Position numbers and translations under genes: made by a program. The notes below the pieces were generated by a model. The model made no database searches. It was given only the letters and a program-made list of their open reading frames with translations, and had not been told where the DNA came from. A stretch of DNA of 57,277 nt, counting the filler, from Sphacelaria rigidula (lineage: Eukaryota), in NCBI GenBank assembly GCA_964200075.2. It is 4 parts of 4 records of this genome, joined end to end, with 100 filler letters (N's around TTAATTAATTAA, not from the genome) between each part and the next. Parts side by side here need not be neighbours in the genome. Positions count along the whole stretch, not along the records: positions 14,347 to 28,590 come from CAXNAA020002361.1; positions 28,691 to 42,934 come from CAXNAA020002362.1; 2 more parts are not named here. One strand, given 5' to 3'. Shown piece after piece: positions 24,714 to 37,800 of this stretch (positions within the stretch are counted from its first letter, which is position 1; every line of letters starts with the position of its first letter).

Positions 24714-25157
24714 GTGAGAGTTCCCGAGAGCTTTTTCGCGTTTCATTTTGTTTGTTCTTGGTGTTTTTGATATTTCGTTTTCCCGTAAATCATTCGTCGG
24801 ACCGCAGGAGATGTGGTGGGGGCTTTTCAAGTGCCATGAGATTCCGCTTTTTGTTCCTCAATGTGTTTATTTTATAATATCCTCACACGTGGGATAGATC
24901 ATGATCTGTCTGAAACAACAAATCTCTCGAATCCGTTGGTAAAGAAACACAAAATGTACGACCGCGGAGTCAGAAAAGCAAAGCCTCAACCTTTGCGCTA
25001 CTCGGCATGCTCGGCGTCCTGCGCTGCAAGGAGCAAACGTGGAAACGGGGGGCCAAGTGATCCAGATCAGTATCTAAGAAGAAGTAATTTTCAGACAGAT
25101 CATGATCTGTCCGACGTGTGAATTTTGTATGGTTTAGCTGGGAAGAGCTTTTGGATT

Positions 25158-25192
25158 GGATCTGATCTGATCTGATCTGATCTGATCTGATT
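25158..25192. repeat. (GATCT)n microsatellite at the end of an interspersed repeat
   Basis: About six GATCT units followed by gattgtcgcactt, also seen at 14745-14790. Confidence 0.8.
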
Positions 25193-28100
25193 GTCGCACT
25201 TTAACTGATCCCCCAGAGGTCCAGCCGTGGTCTCATGATGGACGTCTCCAAGAAACACGAAACTGAAACACGCTCTGAGAAAAAGAAGGAACAAAAAAAA
25301 AAAAGGGTCGAACGGAACGACATAGCAGACTAAGTCGAGACGAAAAAAGAGGTGATGAAGAAGTCAACACAAGCAAAGCACAGAAAGAAATGGCCGAGCC
25401 TAAAAAAAGAAAAAAGGAGAAAAAGAGAAAAGTACAGAGAAAATAAAATAAAATACAGCAAAACGATGGGAAAAAAAAAAAAGAGAAAAAAAGGGAAACC
25501 ATAAAAAAAAAATAGAAAAAGGAAAAGGCCCAAGGGATTCAAGGCAGCAGAGTAGATACAGTCACACACCAGTGGGCACCGGAGAGACTGTAGCAACATT
25601 TTATCAGCTGCTCGGTGCCTCGGGTGACGTGCAGATTTTTTTGTTTTTGTGACAGCACCCTTGGACCGCGATTTCGAGGAGCACATGTTTTTTTCATACC
25701 GCGGTGCTCCCGATGTTTGTCGTTCCGTCGCTTTTTAATTTTTTTGCGATGGTCCTTGATCGCTCGACCACGAAGGACCGTGGGATTATTCTCTTGGAAA
25801 AAAATGTGGCTATTTTTGCATGAGATATGCAGACATGAGTGCTTGACTGTTCTACAAACAGGGGTTCGCCTGGCCTGTGTTGAATGACAAGATGAACTAG
25901 ACTCCACTGTGTCAGTAACAGTTTAAACTCCGCAGAGGGTGCACAGTAGCTGTCAAGTTACTATCGATGTGCGATAATAGGAAGAAAATCGTTGGTTTTC
26001 ACAGACGGTTCACTCGGCCATCGCGGAACAAAAACACTCAGCCTCTTCTCAATGCAGAGAACTGATGACTCGTCGATAGGCCTGTTGAGGTGGGTAGCTT
26101 TGAAAAGTGAAAACAAGAGGGGTTGCCTCAAAAATCTATCTCTCAGTAAAACTCTTGTTTGCCAGAAAACCTTACATCCAAGCCGTTGACACGTTGGTCT
26201 CTTCAACATCCTGAGATTATCCTGACTTTTTGTACACGACCCTTGTATGACTTGAGCTGTTGCTCTTGGTCCATTCGTCATTCTACCTTCTTGTTCCACC
26301 TCTTGAGTTACTACGATCTTTGCTACCTCGTCCCTTCTCAGCTCAACCTTAACTAGTTGTTCAGCTGAGCACACGTAGATGGTCGAAACTGTATTTATCC
26401 AAATTTCCAATGCCCAACATATTCCACATCCCACACAATCATCAAAACCTCTCGAGTGGGTTGGATAGTTGCACCAATGAAACAGGAATTATTCGAGGTC
26501 GTCGCTTACCCGAGTAGTTGTTTGCGCGCAACCATAATACTTCGAAGTAGTTGATAATTACTACTTGTACTTATCCGGGGGTGGGAGTTTTTTGTAAAAT
26601 ACCCGAGCTGTCTTTTTTTTTTGGCTTCAAATGGATCCACGCTCGTTGCTTGCCTGCCCCTCTTGGACAACCTGAACGAAATCCAAGAGACTGCGCCGAG
26701 TGACTGAGCGACGCTAGCACATCACTCGATAGGGACATCAACAGCCGGACCGAGTGGTTTCGCTCCTAGCCCTAAAACTCCACGTGCTTTTGCTCCCCAC
26801 CCCGTGCTCACACCCGCACGCAGGGCAAATAGGCAAATTTGGCAGGGGACTACGGGCCTTCTCGGGGGAGGGGGGAGGGCGTATGTTCGTTCAGCTGGCA
26901 GCTCTTGCAGGTGAGTCACGAAAATAACTTGTTCATCGGAATGTAGTGGGCGTTTTGAGCAAATCTATGAAAGGGCACCCCCCCCCCCTCCCCCCAACCG
27001 CCTGGTCCGGCGAGAAGCCGGCATGCTCCGTCCCGGCTTTGTAGGGGCAGACCCCCTATGGGGTTGGCGTCGGTTGGCAATGGCGCTGTAAAACATGCCA
27101 CGCACTGCGTAAGCTAGGCACCCACGTGACCGATTTGTTTTTGCGCGCTTGCTTTTTTTTTTTGTTGTGGTAAGCATGATGGTAGTCGAGCTAGATCATG
27201 TTGTCCGGGGTGGAAAAACCTCAACTCCGCGCAAAGGAGATGATTGTACCACGTGGTGTTGAAATGGTGAGACGTCCATGAGGCAGTGAAAAAGCTGTGG
27301 CTGTCTCTGGAAGTGGCAATACCAGAAAATAAAGCAACTCATTGTTGGCTGTCATCCGAATGTAAGGCAATCAGTAGGCTTCGGGCCAAACAATCTTGGC
27401 AGGATGCAGCTTACCCTTCATGCGACGCGCCGAACACACCCCGGCGCTTCGCGCTTGATGATTGATTAGGAGCCTGGTCCGACGATAACCCGGCGTGCTC
27501 CGTCCCGGCTTTGTAGGGATGCGAGGTCAGTCATCTTGTGACAATGGCATGCAAGATCATGAGTATACCCTCCCCACCCACCACTCGAGAAGCATATAAA
27601 GAAGCTGACTTCCTACAAAAGGAATTGGTTCCTTCATTTGACAGGGATCCCGTATGTGGAAGGATTTCTACAAGACTCAATCCTTTCGGGCGTTTTCAAC
27701 AACCAGTATTCTCCTTGGGTCCGCGAGTCCGCGACGATGTCACGCGGTAGAAGCCTTTTTACGCAATTCGGCTCCGCTTGCGGCGCTATCAGATGGGTTT
27801 CCATTGAAAAATGAGGCGTTATCGTGGGACATTCGTTTCAATGTTGAAGTACTGGTAATACTGACTTCAGTTTTTTCAGTACCACTACATCGCGAGAGCC
27901 AGTGCTACTTACTGCCCGTGTGTAATGGTCGAGTACCCGACCGTAGAATCTACGGTGACAGGTACATGCAACGTGGTTTAGGAAGTTTCAGGAGTGATTG
28001 TGCGATAGCCCTCCTCCAGAAAAACGGCTGGTGTGAGGAGGCGAGATCTACACGTGAATCAAATTGACAAGATCCGAGCACACCTTGCACCTGGGAACTC

Positions 28101-28590
28101 CCACGCTTGGGGTCGTTTTCGCCACTGTCGCCCATATGAGGTGCTTTATGCACCGCTTGAAACAAGATATCATGCGCTGTATGGCCACCTTTATCGTGAC
28201 AATTTTTGTCTTGTTTTTGGGGGGTGCTACCGCGGCATCACTCACATATGCATTGGCAGTGATTCCGGTTGGCCCGGCAGTCTGGAATGAATTAAGGCGG
28301 AGACAGCACCGTATATTTTCCTGAACTTATCCTAAATGTTGGAAATACCAGCATGGTAACGCGACAGCGCACGCCCGATATCGTGCGAATTTGCACGTTT
28401 GTATTTCGCGCGCCGTGTCTGTGGTCGGTCGTGTAACCATCTGTGTATCCGACGGAAAGGTACGTAAAGTGTTCTGCCCCCGTTTTGCACGGACGATAAC
28501 TTCCGCGGTTTCGGCGTAACATGTTTACACAGGCACCGTAGGTAAGGTAGGTACCCGGTACCGGTATTTGGGACATCTGATACCCTACCG

Positions 28591-28690
28591 NNNNNNNNNN
28601 NNNNNNNNNNNNNNNNNNNNNNNNNNNNNNNNNNTTAATTAATTAANNNNNNNNNNNNNNNNNNNNNNNNNNNNNNNNNNNNNNNNNNNN
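28591..28690. other. Artificial contig-joining spacer
   Basis: N44-TTAATTAATTAA-N44. Confidence 0.97.
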
Positions 28691-29049
28691 ACACTTATGA
28701 GCCTCTTTTTTCGTGCAACCAAATACCCCCCCCCCTATCGTAGGGTGACTCTACCCTCAGATTGAAAACGTCGCACCTTACCCGGTTTAGGCGATCTTCA
28801 CGATGACATCGCCTCAGATGTCCAGCGCGGGATTGTTTCCCCTGTTTCCCCCGATACGGTCTGCTGTACGCCACCGATAGAAATGACCGATTCTGGTGGC
28901 AGCATCGCTCCACTGCTGCTGGGCACACACTCTCTATCGATTGAAAGTACAGCCCTTGTAGCGGCATGACTCTTTCCCCCTCCTTGAGGCGCCTGTCCAG
29001 GGCCATGCGACAACTGCTACTCTTGTTGCTACGTGTCGCCGGCCTTCGA

Positions 29050-29912
29050 CTATCCACCTGCAGTATGTTGTGGAGCAGCAGCTTGGCTTTGCTGCTTACA
29101 ATCCTTCACGAAGTGGCCCTTGGCTCCACCACATGAGAAACAACCTGCATAGCTTTGGCCCAGTTTCCGAGATTTGCCGGAACTGGCAGTCTCACTGTTA
29201 GTGGTCGCCGTTTTTCCACCATGTGCTTCGCGCTTGGATCCGGAGGTCCCGCTGCCACTCTTCTGTTTCAGCTGCGGCTGGTGACGGCACTGTTTATCAG
29301 CCGCTTCTACCGTCTGCCATATCTCTGCTGCTTCCTGAGTCGTGTCATACACGAGCCCAGGATTCTCTCTCCACCCTCCTTTCTTGTGAAGCATGTTGAG
29401 CACTTTTATCTTGAATTCAGGGGGTGATACGCCGGCGAGTAATTCCCGCGTGATTTCTGAGCAGGCCCTGCTTTGAAAGTCTCGTCCTCGCGGAACGCGC
29501 GCTCGATGCTCGCATTTTCGGCAAAAAACTCCTCGAGAGCAACCCACCGTCCGTCGATTCTACCCATGGCAGTCGGCTTATTGCGAGCGGCTGATGCCTT
29601 CCGCATACCCGCTACAGCAACTGCAGGATCGATCTCTGTATCAATCCAACATTTGGCATGTCGGCCTAGTGCCTCCTTCAGATCGTCATCATCGGGTACC
29701 GATGCGTCAAATATTGTACGTGGCAAACACGCGCGAATGTGCCTGGGCACGAGGTCTGTCACGGTCAATGATACGGCGTGTACTGTCCACCCCTTATTGC
29801 TCAATTTTACGGTCTCTTCGTAGTCCTTATACCTCCGAAAAAACCGTCTGGAGGCATCTCCTCCGCTGAAATGCCGTCCGTACTGCGGTGCTTTTAGCGA
29901 TCCACCTGGCAT
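29050..29912 (-). pseudogene. Frameshifted LTR-retrotransposon gag with zinc knuckle
   Basis: ORF 29406-29912 continues after a frameshift near 29460 into ITRELLAGVSPPEFKIKV...CFSCGGAKGHFVKDC. Confidence 0.7.
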
Positions 29913-32166
29913 AAGTTCAGTAAAATAAACGTCATCTCATGGCCTGCATCGCTCCCACCTCCTTTCCTGCGCGCTGTCATCCTTCTCTAGCTGCATGCAA
30001 TGCTTCCAGCCAACGTGGCCGTCTCTCTGTTCAACGAGCGGCAACGAGTTACCTCGCGTTACAGACTGCAGACCTGTCTGTGTACAATACAAAAATGTTT
30101 TTGCGGAGACTGTCCGCAGCTGAAGAAATACCTTTGCCAAAAACCAGCGGGTTCCCTGAATAACCGTGTATTATGGACCGCTCCTGGATTCAGAGCAAGA
30201 TTACAAGACTACTCCGAGGGCTTCCTCCCTCACTAGGGCTTGGAGACTCCGAGATAGATGATTTTCACAAACACACAGTGTTCATTATCGCAAGTGACAT
30301 GCTGCACCTGCTTGGGCACATATACTGTCAAGCAGTCATAACCATACTCCAGAGAATATCTCATGACCTAATATCATGATGCAACGTTCATATCCAAACC
30401 TCCATGCATGACCCTGCAGCTCCTCATGCACCAGGACGTGTACTAGAATGGACTACTCTACAGCGTTGGATGTTCGCGAGAGGGGCTGGGCGTACGGTAC
30501 CCGCCGGAGGTGGGCGTGGGGTGCCGAGCGATGGGCGTGGAAATGACCTCTCGCGAGGAGGAAGGGTTGCGCCGTCTACACAAGTTAACCGCGGTGCAGT
30601 TACTGCAGAAGGTGGACGTGGACGCGGTACGTCCACAAGAGTAGGTACAACAAGAGTAGGTGTCCCAGAAGGCCCGACAAATCAGTACTTACGTGAGGGT
30701 GGCACGCCGTCGCCACTGTAGAGTGGTCCAGCTCTCGTAAACATGGATTACTAGAGCTGCTGAAGTCCATGTGCCGGTGATGGGAGGAGTCCACATGGCG
30801 ATCTGATCTTGAGTGACAGAAGTCTATAATGAACGTCCATTACGTCCGCTAACTGGTGGTAGGTTCACTGAGAGAGTAGCTGACACATCAAGATAGGTTT
30901 AGGCTGCAGGCCTGATCAGTTGGCAGCAAGCAAAACCAGCTCAAGGCGTGTTAACGTCGCGAGGGGTTGGAGAAGTAGAGCCGAGGAGGTTCTGAGGCAG
31001 TGTATGGAAAGTTGTTGTTTGGTGGCCAAGCGCGTCGTGGTGTATGGAAAGTTGTTGTTTCTGCGATTCACAACAACGTTTTTCTGGAACCGCTGTTGAG
31101 CTGTTGAGGTGCTGCGTTGGGATGTTCCACTGTGGACACATGTCGTGGTTGCTCTGCGCTTGATGAAAAGCGTGGAGGTAGCGGCAAAACCTGTCCGACT
31201 GTTCAAAACAATGTGGCGCAGGAATATGTCATGGTCGATGATCGTGTTGTTCCTGTACTGGCGCTGGAGGTGCCATACTATGGCCGTAGTTTTCGAGCGA
31301 GAAACCAGCCGAGTTTTAACGGAAATACGAACAATATGTGGGAGATGTAGATCGGGTGAACGCGCGGTGGACGAACCTCATTGAGGTGGCAGCAGTTTTT
31401 GACCCCATGCCGAAACATATTGCGATATGTCTGTGTGACACGTGCTTGACACATGCTCATGATGTAGAGAACGGGCAGCTGCTTTTCGCGTTGCGCAAGC
31501 ATGCGTCGTGTCTGTCAGAGGGGACAGGCATGAGAGCGCTCTCGTATGCACTGTCAAGGGCGAGAAGCATGTGTCTGTCTGTCAGAGGGGACAGGCACGA
31601 CAGTGCACCCGCCGGTCGTGCAGTAGGTGGTCCGCGTCTGAAACAACGATACAGGAAAGATGCTTGCTCTGTGAAAACCGAGGAGCATGTGTCTGCCCGA
31701 GAAGACAGGCACGGGTGCGGCTGCTGAGCGTGCAGTAGTAGAAACCACTCGCCCGCGACTGAAGCAACAACGCGGTGCCACTTTGAGAGACGCGAAGGTG
31801 ACGACGCATGTGTCTGTCCGAAGAGACGCCCTGGGCAGCAAGAACAGTGAGAGCACAGTAGCCGGTGCTGAATTAGCAGCCGCTGGCAGTGCTGTTGGAC
31901 GAGGCGAACAAGTCACACAGCAATCGCTAGTCCGAGGGGACAGGCACGAGAGCGCTGGAGGCGTTGCCGCTATTGCCGTCGAGGAGCAAGCCGGACAGAA
32001 GGTGGCGGCTGTAGCGAGTACGGGTGATACCGCTGCTGCTGTTGGCGATGTTAAGAGGCCTACATGGGCCAATGAGCAAGTACTGGTGGGCAGGAGATCC
32101 CAGTTGCTCGTTGCCACCGGACCAGCGCGTAGCTGGAGATACTCCTTGCATGCTCGAAGCTGTAGG

Positions 32167-32811
32167 TGATACAAGTAAACGGCAGTCTCCAGTTGTTGTC
32201 AGCATTCCCTTAACTCTACAGTGCAGGTTGATCACTGAACTAGGCAAACAACAAAACTTCGGTCAACGATTACAATATTCCACTGTTTCGTGTGGGACCT
32301 TTCATTTTACATATTATTTGACTGCCCTTCATTTGTGCACGAGTTCGTTCATATTCATTTACTACAGGCCGATCCTTTCACATCTGTTCATGAAGTACTC
32401 CAAACTCACCGTCAATCTTGTAACAATCGTAAGTTCACAGCGCGTGGGGAGACAGTCCAACGCAGTACAGTACGCGTCGATCGTCAGGATATCCTTGTTC
32501 ACAGCTTCAGGTGATTCGATTTCTTTTGTTTCTTGGTGGTGTTGATAGCCAGAGTCTTCTCGAGAAGTTCTTCTGAACACCAGGGCATCCTAGTGTTGCA
32601 CCGATTCTTAGAAAGAATCGGATTCAATCAGATGTAAGAGGCATGTTTTTATGTACTCCGTATCTTGACGGATTACTGAACATCCTTACCCCTGACCGCA
32701 GGTACTAGCCAGTTCCCGCGATCAGCCCTCCGGGCGCGTATCTTCGTTCCGAATCAACGGCCCATCATTGTGCTGTCCCCCTTCAACCGCATCACGCCGC
32801 GATCCGTAAAA
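32167..32811 (-). repeat. 3' LTR (645 bp)
   Basis: Minus strand reads TGAGGGGGG (PPT) then TTTTACGG (TG mutated)...GTATCA. No PBS follows. Confidence 0.85.
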
Positions 32812-32929
32812 CCCCCCTCAGTCCTAGGATTGAAAAACCCTGGGACTGACGTGATTCACACGATGGATCGCCGCGTTACCATGTCCCTCTTCCGAGTTCA
32901 GCGTCGGGGTGTAGTCGTCGATCTTGAAA

Positions 32930-33200
32930 ATCGTTCTGCCGGGTTAGACCACGTAGGGAATTCAAACACCGTGCAGAACAATCTCAAACAGTCTCGGCAA
33001 CTCCCGCTCTTGTAGATCTCTCTGCCAGGTTAGACCCCGTAGGGAATTTGAAGACGGTACAGAAACGATCCCATCCAGTCCGGAGAAGTCCTTGATCTTG
33101 TTGACCGCTCTGCCGGGTTATACCGCGTAGGGAATTAGAACATCGTACAGAAACGATCTCACCCAGTCCGGAGAGGTCTTCAATCTTGTTGACCGCTCTG
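32930..33200. repeat. ~88-bp tandem repeat in the element 3' region (also 40105-40375 and 43265-43455)
   Basis: ctctgccgggttagaccacgtagggaattt...cagaaacgatcccatccagtccggaga repeated about three times. Confidence 0.85.
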
Positions 33201-33634
33201 GGCTGTCCGTAAACCGTTTGCGGATCTTGGTACACCGGGGAATCTACCTCACGATTGAGCCCCCTTTCTGCTCGAGATGGTGTATGAGATGGACGTGGCC
33301 TGTCTGCGGTTGATATAATTTCCACAAGGCATGAAACACATCCGACTGTACCGCAGTGTATTATAATCTCCATGATCCAAGAGTCACGAGGGTGGTGTCT
33401 GGAAGAAACATTCTCAGTCATCAACGGCGTGAGAAACGATGGAACCAGTGAAATGAATAGCAGCGCTCCACCTGTACAACGATAGCGAACAAGACAAATA
33501 AAGGGGAAGGAGAACGAAGGGAACAGCAATATAATCGGACAAAACAGGTTCACGCGTGTGCATTTGGCCAGGGTATCGCGTGTCGGGGACAGCCAGGTAT
33601 AAATTCATGGACTCCCAAGAGAATTCTGACTCCA

Positions 33635-34105
33635 TGTCAACCTGTTCGGACAGCATGGGAAAATCCTGGCCGCTTGTCAACCTGCTCGGACAGCATGGGA
33701 ATACCTGGATGCTTGTCAACCTGTTCGCACGCGAAAGGGAAACTCCTGGCGCCCGGTCAACCAGTTCGAAAACATATGGAAAATCCTGGCTCCCTGTCAA
33801 CCTGTTCGAAAACATATGGGAAATCCTGGATCTCTGTCCGCCTGTTCGCGCGCGAAAGGGAAACTCCTGGCCCCCTGTCAACCTGTTCGAAAACATATGG
33901 GAAGTCCTGGATCTCTGTCAACCTGTTTGCGCGCACAAGGGAAACTCCTGCTCCCCGGTCAACCTGTTCGGAAAAATATGGGAAATCCTGGCTCCCTGTT
34001 AACCTGTTCGAAAACATATGGGAAATCCTGGATCTCTGTCAACCTGTTTGCGCGCAGAAGGGAAACTCCTGGCCCCCTGTCAACCTGCCTGTTCCAAAAC
34101 ATATG
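33635..34105. repeat. 39-41 bp minisatellite (TGTCAACCTGTTCG...GGGAAATCCTGG)
   Basis: About 12 units with a few alternating variants. Sister arrays at 40808-41312 and 47056-47440. Confidence 0.95.
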
Positions 34106-34564
34106 GTCTTGACATCTTGAGCCTTCGCCCTCGCCCATTTTCCTGTATGCAATCAAATCCTGCTTGTTCGCTGTATAGTGCAAGCATATATATATATATA
34201 TATATATATATCGTTCATACAACTTTCTCGTTCATCGATTCGATGTCCGACTCGTATGTTGGCAACTTGCATCGTCTCCGCGATAAACACACGAGTCGTT
34301 CATTACAAGCCAACAGCTTTCATCAGACTATTTCCGATGTAAATCTCGGCAAAGGAATGTGTGGAGCCCATGGACTCTCAAGACCAGAAGAATGCAGCCC
34401 TGCCCCCGGGACGGTCATAGCGCGCAGACAGGTAGACGGTCATCTTCGAATTGATTGTCGGAGCACGCGCATGTAGACGGTTATCTTCGAATGGATTGTC
34501 AGAGCGTGCACAAGTAGACGATCATCTTCGAATTGATCGTCAGAGTGTGCACGAGTATAGACGG

Positions 34565-34848
34565 TCAACGGGAACTGACCTCCGACGACGTCATCTCTTC
34601 CCAATCCCCATCCTCATACTTGATACGGTAATACGGCTGACGGAAGTCGAACACTTCCCCGTTGAACTCCTGTCGCTCACCTTGGCTGTCCACAAAGTGT
34701 TTACGTATTCTGGTCCCTCGAGGAATGAGTCGCAAAGCTTCATCCCGAGCAAAAGAGTTCCTTTCCGCTCGAGATGGGTTAACGGATGGGCGCGGTTTGG
34801 ATTGCGGGTTATATAGTTCCCACAAAGCATGAAACACGTCCAACTGTA
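34565..34848 (-). CDS. Isolated integrase tail: end of chromodomain-like region plus Tudor-like domain
   Basis: QLDVFHALWELY...GTRIRKHFVDSQGERQEFNGEVFDFRQPYYRIKYEDGDWEEMTSSEV, with no stops. Confidence 0.65.
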
Positions 34849-37800
34849 GGGTTAGCAGACCTTAAAATTCGTTATATTGCCCCACGTTACCAGCAACCTC
34901 CACCACTGACTTGGCGTGAACAATGTCAACGAAGACCCACTTACTGGAAGTATGTGCTAAAGAAAAATGGAGGAAAGATCGGTCGTGCAAACCGTTGGTC
35001 AGGAGCACTAAACAAATTCATTTGCGGCGCTTCAGCGGCATTTTCTTGCAAAGGCACAAAAATACTGCTGTTATCGTCGTGGTGCAGAAAAACTGCTACA
35101 GTGGTGGACGCACAAAAGATTGATGCTGCTGAGGAGGTGCAGCAACCTTCTGCCGTGTGGAAGGGTGCGTCCTGTTGTTATTGAACAGGGACGACAGGTT
35201 GCTGCTGCGGTGCGGCTTGCACTGGAGGCTTTAAACTGTTGAGCTGATCCAGCTGGGTAGAACGGTTGAGCTTGCGGGTTTAGAGGAGTTCCACTCATTA
35301 TTTCGTCGGGTTTTCGCGTTGGCTATGCGGTTCTTGGAACGATAACCTGCACGTATATGCCATGGGTATCATAACACCGGTTAAGCGCACTTCATATTAT
35401 TAACGGAGTACCTTACTCCTGCTTAAAGTTCCTGGCGAAATGGGGTTGGGAACGTTCTCAACTCATCAACGGTGAGAAGACACGATCGGGTAAACTGACA
35501 GCATCAATTTTTCCTCGTGATGAGAGCGTGGACATCACCGAGGGAAGACGAACAGGGGTGGAACAGGGAAAGAGGAGAACATGGCAGCAAATTTAATCAC
35601 ATGACAGGTTCATGTGAGCATTCGGCTCAGATTTCCCTTTCATAGGGAATAATCCTCCAATTTCCGGCCTCCTGTTAACCTGCGAGGGCACGCGGGGGAA
35701 AACGTGACTCCAATAACCTGTTCGGCTAGACACGGTCTTGTTATCTTGGGACTTCGTTCTCCTTCATCTCCCTGTGTGTAGTGATTTCCTGCCTGCTCGT
35801 GGGTGAGCCTATTGTATAACGCACGCATACTCCGGACTCACGCGTATTCCCCAATTTATTCGCACGTTGTCGGGCCTCCATGCTAGCATAGATCATGATG
35901 TCCACAATTATTACTTACGTTGTTCAGTACCAGCCAATCGCCTGGTCGGTTTCTGTTCGATATATCTCGGCAAAATAATGTGTGGAACCCGTAGACCTTC
36001 AAGACCAGAAGCCCTGCCCAGACGAATGCAGCCTTGTCTGATGGTAGCCATAGCATGCACGGACAGACAAACCGCGTTGGAATTGGATTGTCAATAGGCG
36101 CAGAGTAGATAGACAACGGGAGATGGTGTAGTGTCCGTCTGGTGGCCTCGTGCAGGTATCTTGTCTCGCAGCACTCTCCGTAGCTGCCCAATCGTGACCG
36201 TATTGAGTTGTTCACCCCAGCCGGGGTGAACATGGGTAAATGGTCCCGTTCCTTGAATTATTGATGACTGGTGGTGGATGATTCTTGATCCCCCGTGTTA
36301 TTTCCTTCCAATAATGTGGAGCGGGTACTCGAAAAGGTGTGTACATTCTAGTAGATACTGTTTTAATCGCTACTCTCAAGTACAACTTGCGCCAGCAGGG
36401 CTAGTTGCACTACCCACTGGTCGCGCGACAGGAGCTTCACGTTCGACTGTCGACCAGCTTCACGTTCGACTGTCGGTCGTTGTAGCACGGAAACGTTCAC
36501 CTCTCAACCCTCATATATATAGCAGACCATAACCGATGATTGTTTGCTCGGGGTTTTTTTTCCAAAAGTTGTGAACATAACTACACTACACGGTTGGGTC
36601 TGGTTTTTATTTAGTATCGGAGCAGATCTCCCCCAGCTCTCGAACTGTCCAGCAGGGAGAACTGCGAGGGGTTTACATCCGTTTTACATAACAGTAAACC
36701 TCCCCGATCAATGACCTGCCCCCCTGACCGGGGGGTGCTGTGTTTCGTCCATTCAAACTTTTCAACTTCCTGTTAATGACAATTGTCCGCTCAGTCTGTT
36801 GGCAGGCTCAATTCATAATTTGATAAAGACTCGCTAAGGCAGGTCGTGATAGATTTCGGGTTTGATAGACGAAACTTTTCGACCTTCCGCGCATCATTAC
36901 TTTTAACCGCCACCTTATCTACATCATTTGTACCAGTTTTGAAGTACGGCCCTTCGAGCATGGTTGGCGGTGGTGAACTGCTGATGTAGCGTCACCAAAA
37001 CCTGACTGCCCGTCTGGATGCGCTACGGTATCTGTTGTGAAGCTATACAGAAGCAGCGGTATTGAATTTTAGTGCGTTTCAAAACAGCTCAGTCACTCAA
37101 ATATCATGTGATGACATGGGTGTGGTACTGCGTACATAGTAAGTTTGCCCAGATGCAAGTGTAGGGGAAAATGACAGAGATCTGACCATTTGGTTTACAC
37201 AATTTCGGCATACTGAGGATGTACCGGGCCCGAATCTGCTTAATTACTTAGTGTGTGAAGCTCGCTTCTCATGTCAACCTTCCTGCCCAAGTGAATGTAA
37301 AGAAGCGCGGGTATAGTGGAATGTTCACGTGGCGTTGGCTTCAACTTGAAGACCCCTCCACAATCAAACATATCTTGTTTCCCTACTGTCTCAGCAACAG
37401 CCTTCAAGCTCCCTCAGGTGTCGAAGCTTTTCCTGTCCGTTCTGTTGCGTTGCGTTCACGAATCGCGAACACTGTTTTGGATTGCATGAGCAGCGATACT
37501 GTCTTCGTGTTTGTCCCTACCGACCCATCTTAGTCGCACGCAGTCCTGTCTGCACTTCTGTTGAAAATTCGTGGGTATGTGGACTCTTTCATATTCGGTG
37601 AGACGAACAACGTTCTAGTGCCGTGTGTTGGGCACCAGTGCTGTCGGCAGAAAGGATTAATTTGACATCAACACCCCTCATTTCGGAATAATTTAACCGT
37701 ACCGGTGAAGATACCATCATTTTGTTTCATTGTTTCCCGTGATCCCTGTCCCGTTCGAGCGCTATCGCAGATTCACAAGTATTTCACCATAACCGTAACA

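Noticed and set aside
25961-26434. 157-aa minus-strand ORF as a transposase
   Set aside because: No recognisable DDE or other family motif.
30173-32166. Copia pol or host gene in the GC-rich ORFs with SVRGDRH repeats
   Set aside because: No convincing catalytic motifs. Probably a decayed TE interior, but it cannot be classified.
33635-34105. CRISPR-like appearance of the 40-bp arrays
   Set aside because: There are no unique spacers (the variable parts are a few recurring variants), no cas genes, and the context is a eukaryotic retrotransposon.
33414-34476. Long overlapping ORFs in several frames (also 40158-41534 and 46843-47570)
   Set aside because: By-products of stop-poor tandem repeats. 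The unit length is not a constant multiple of three.
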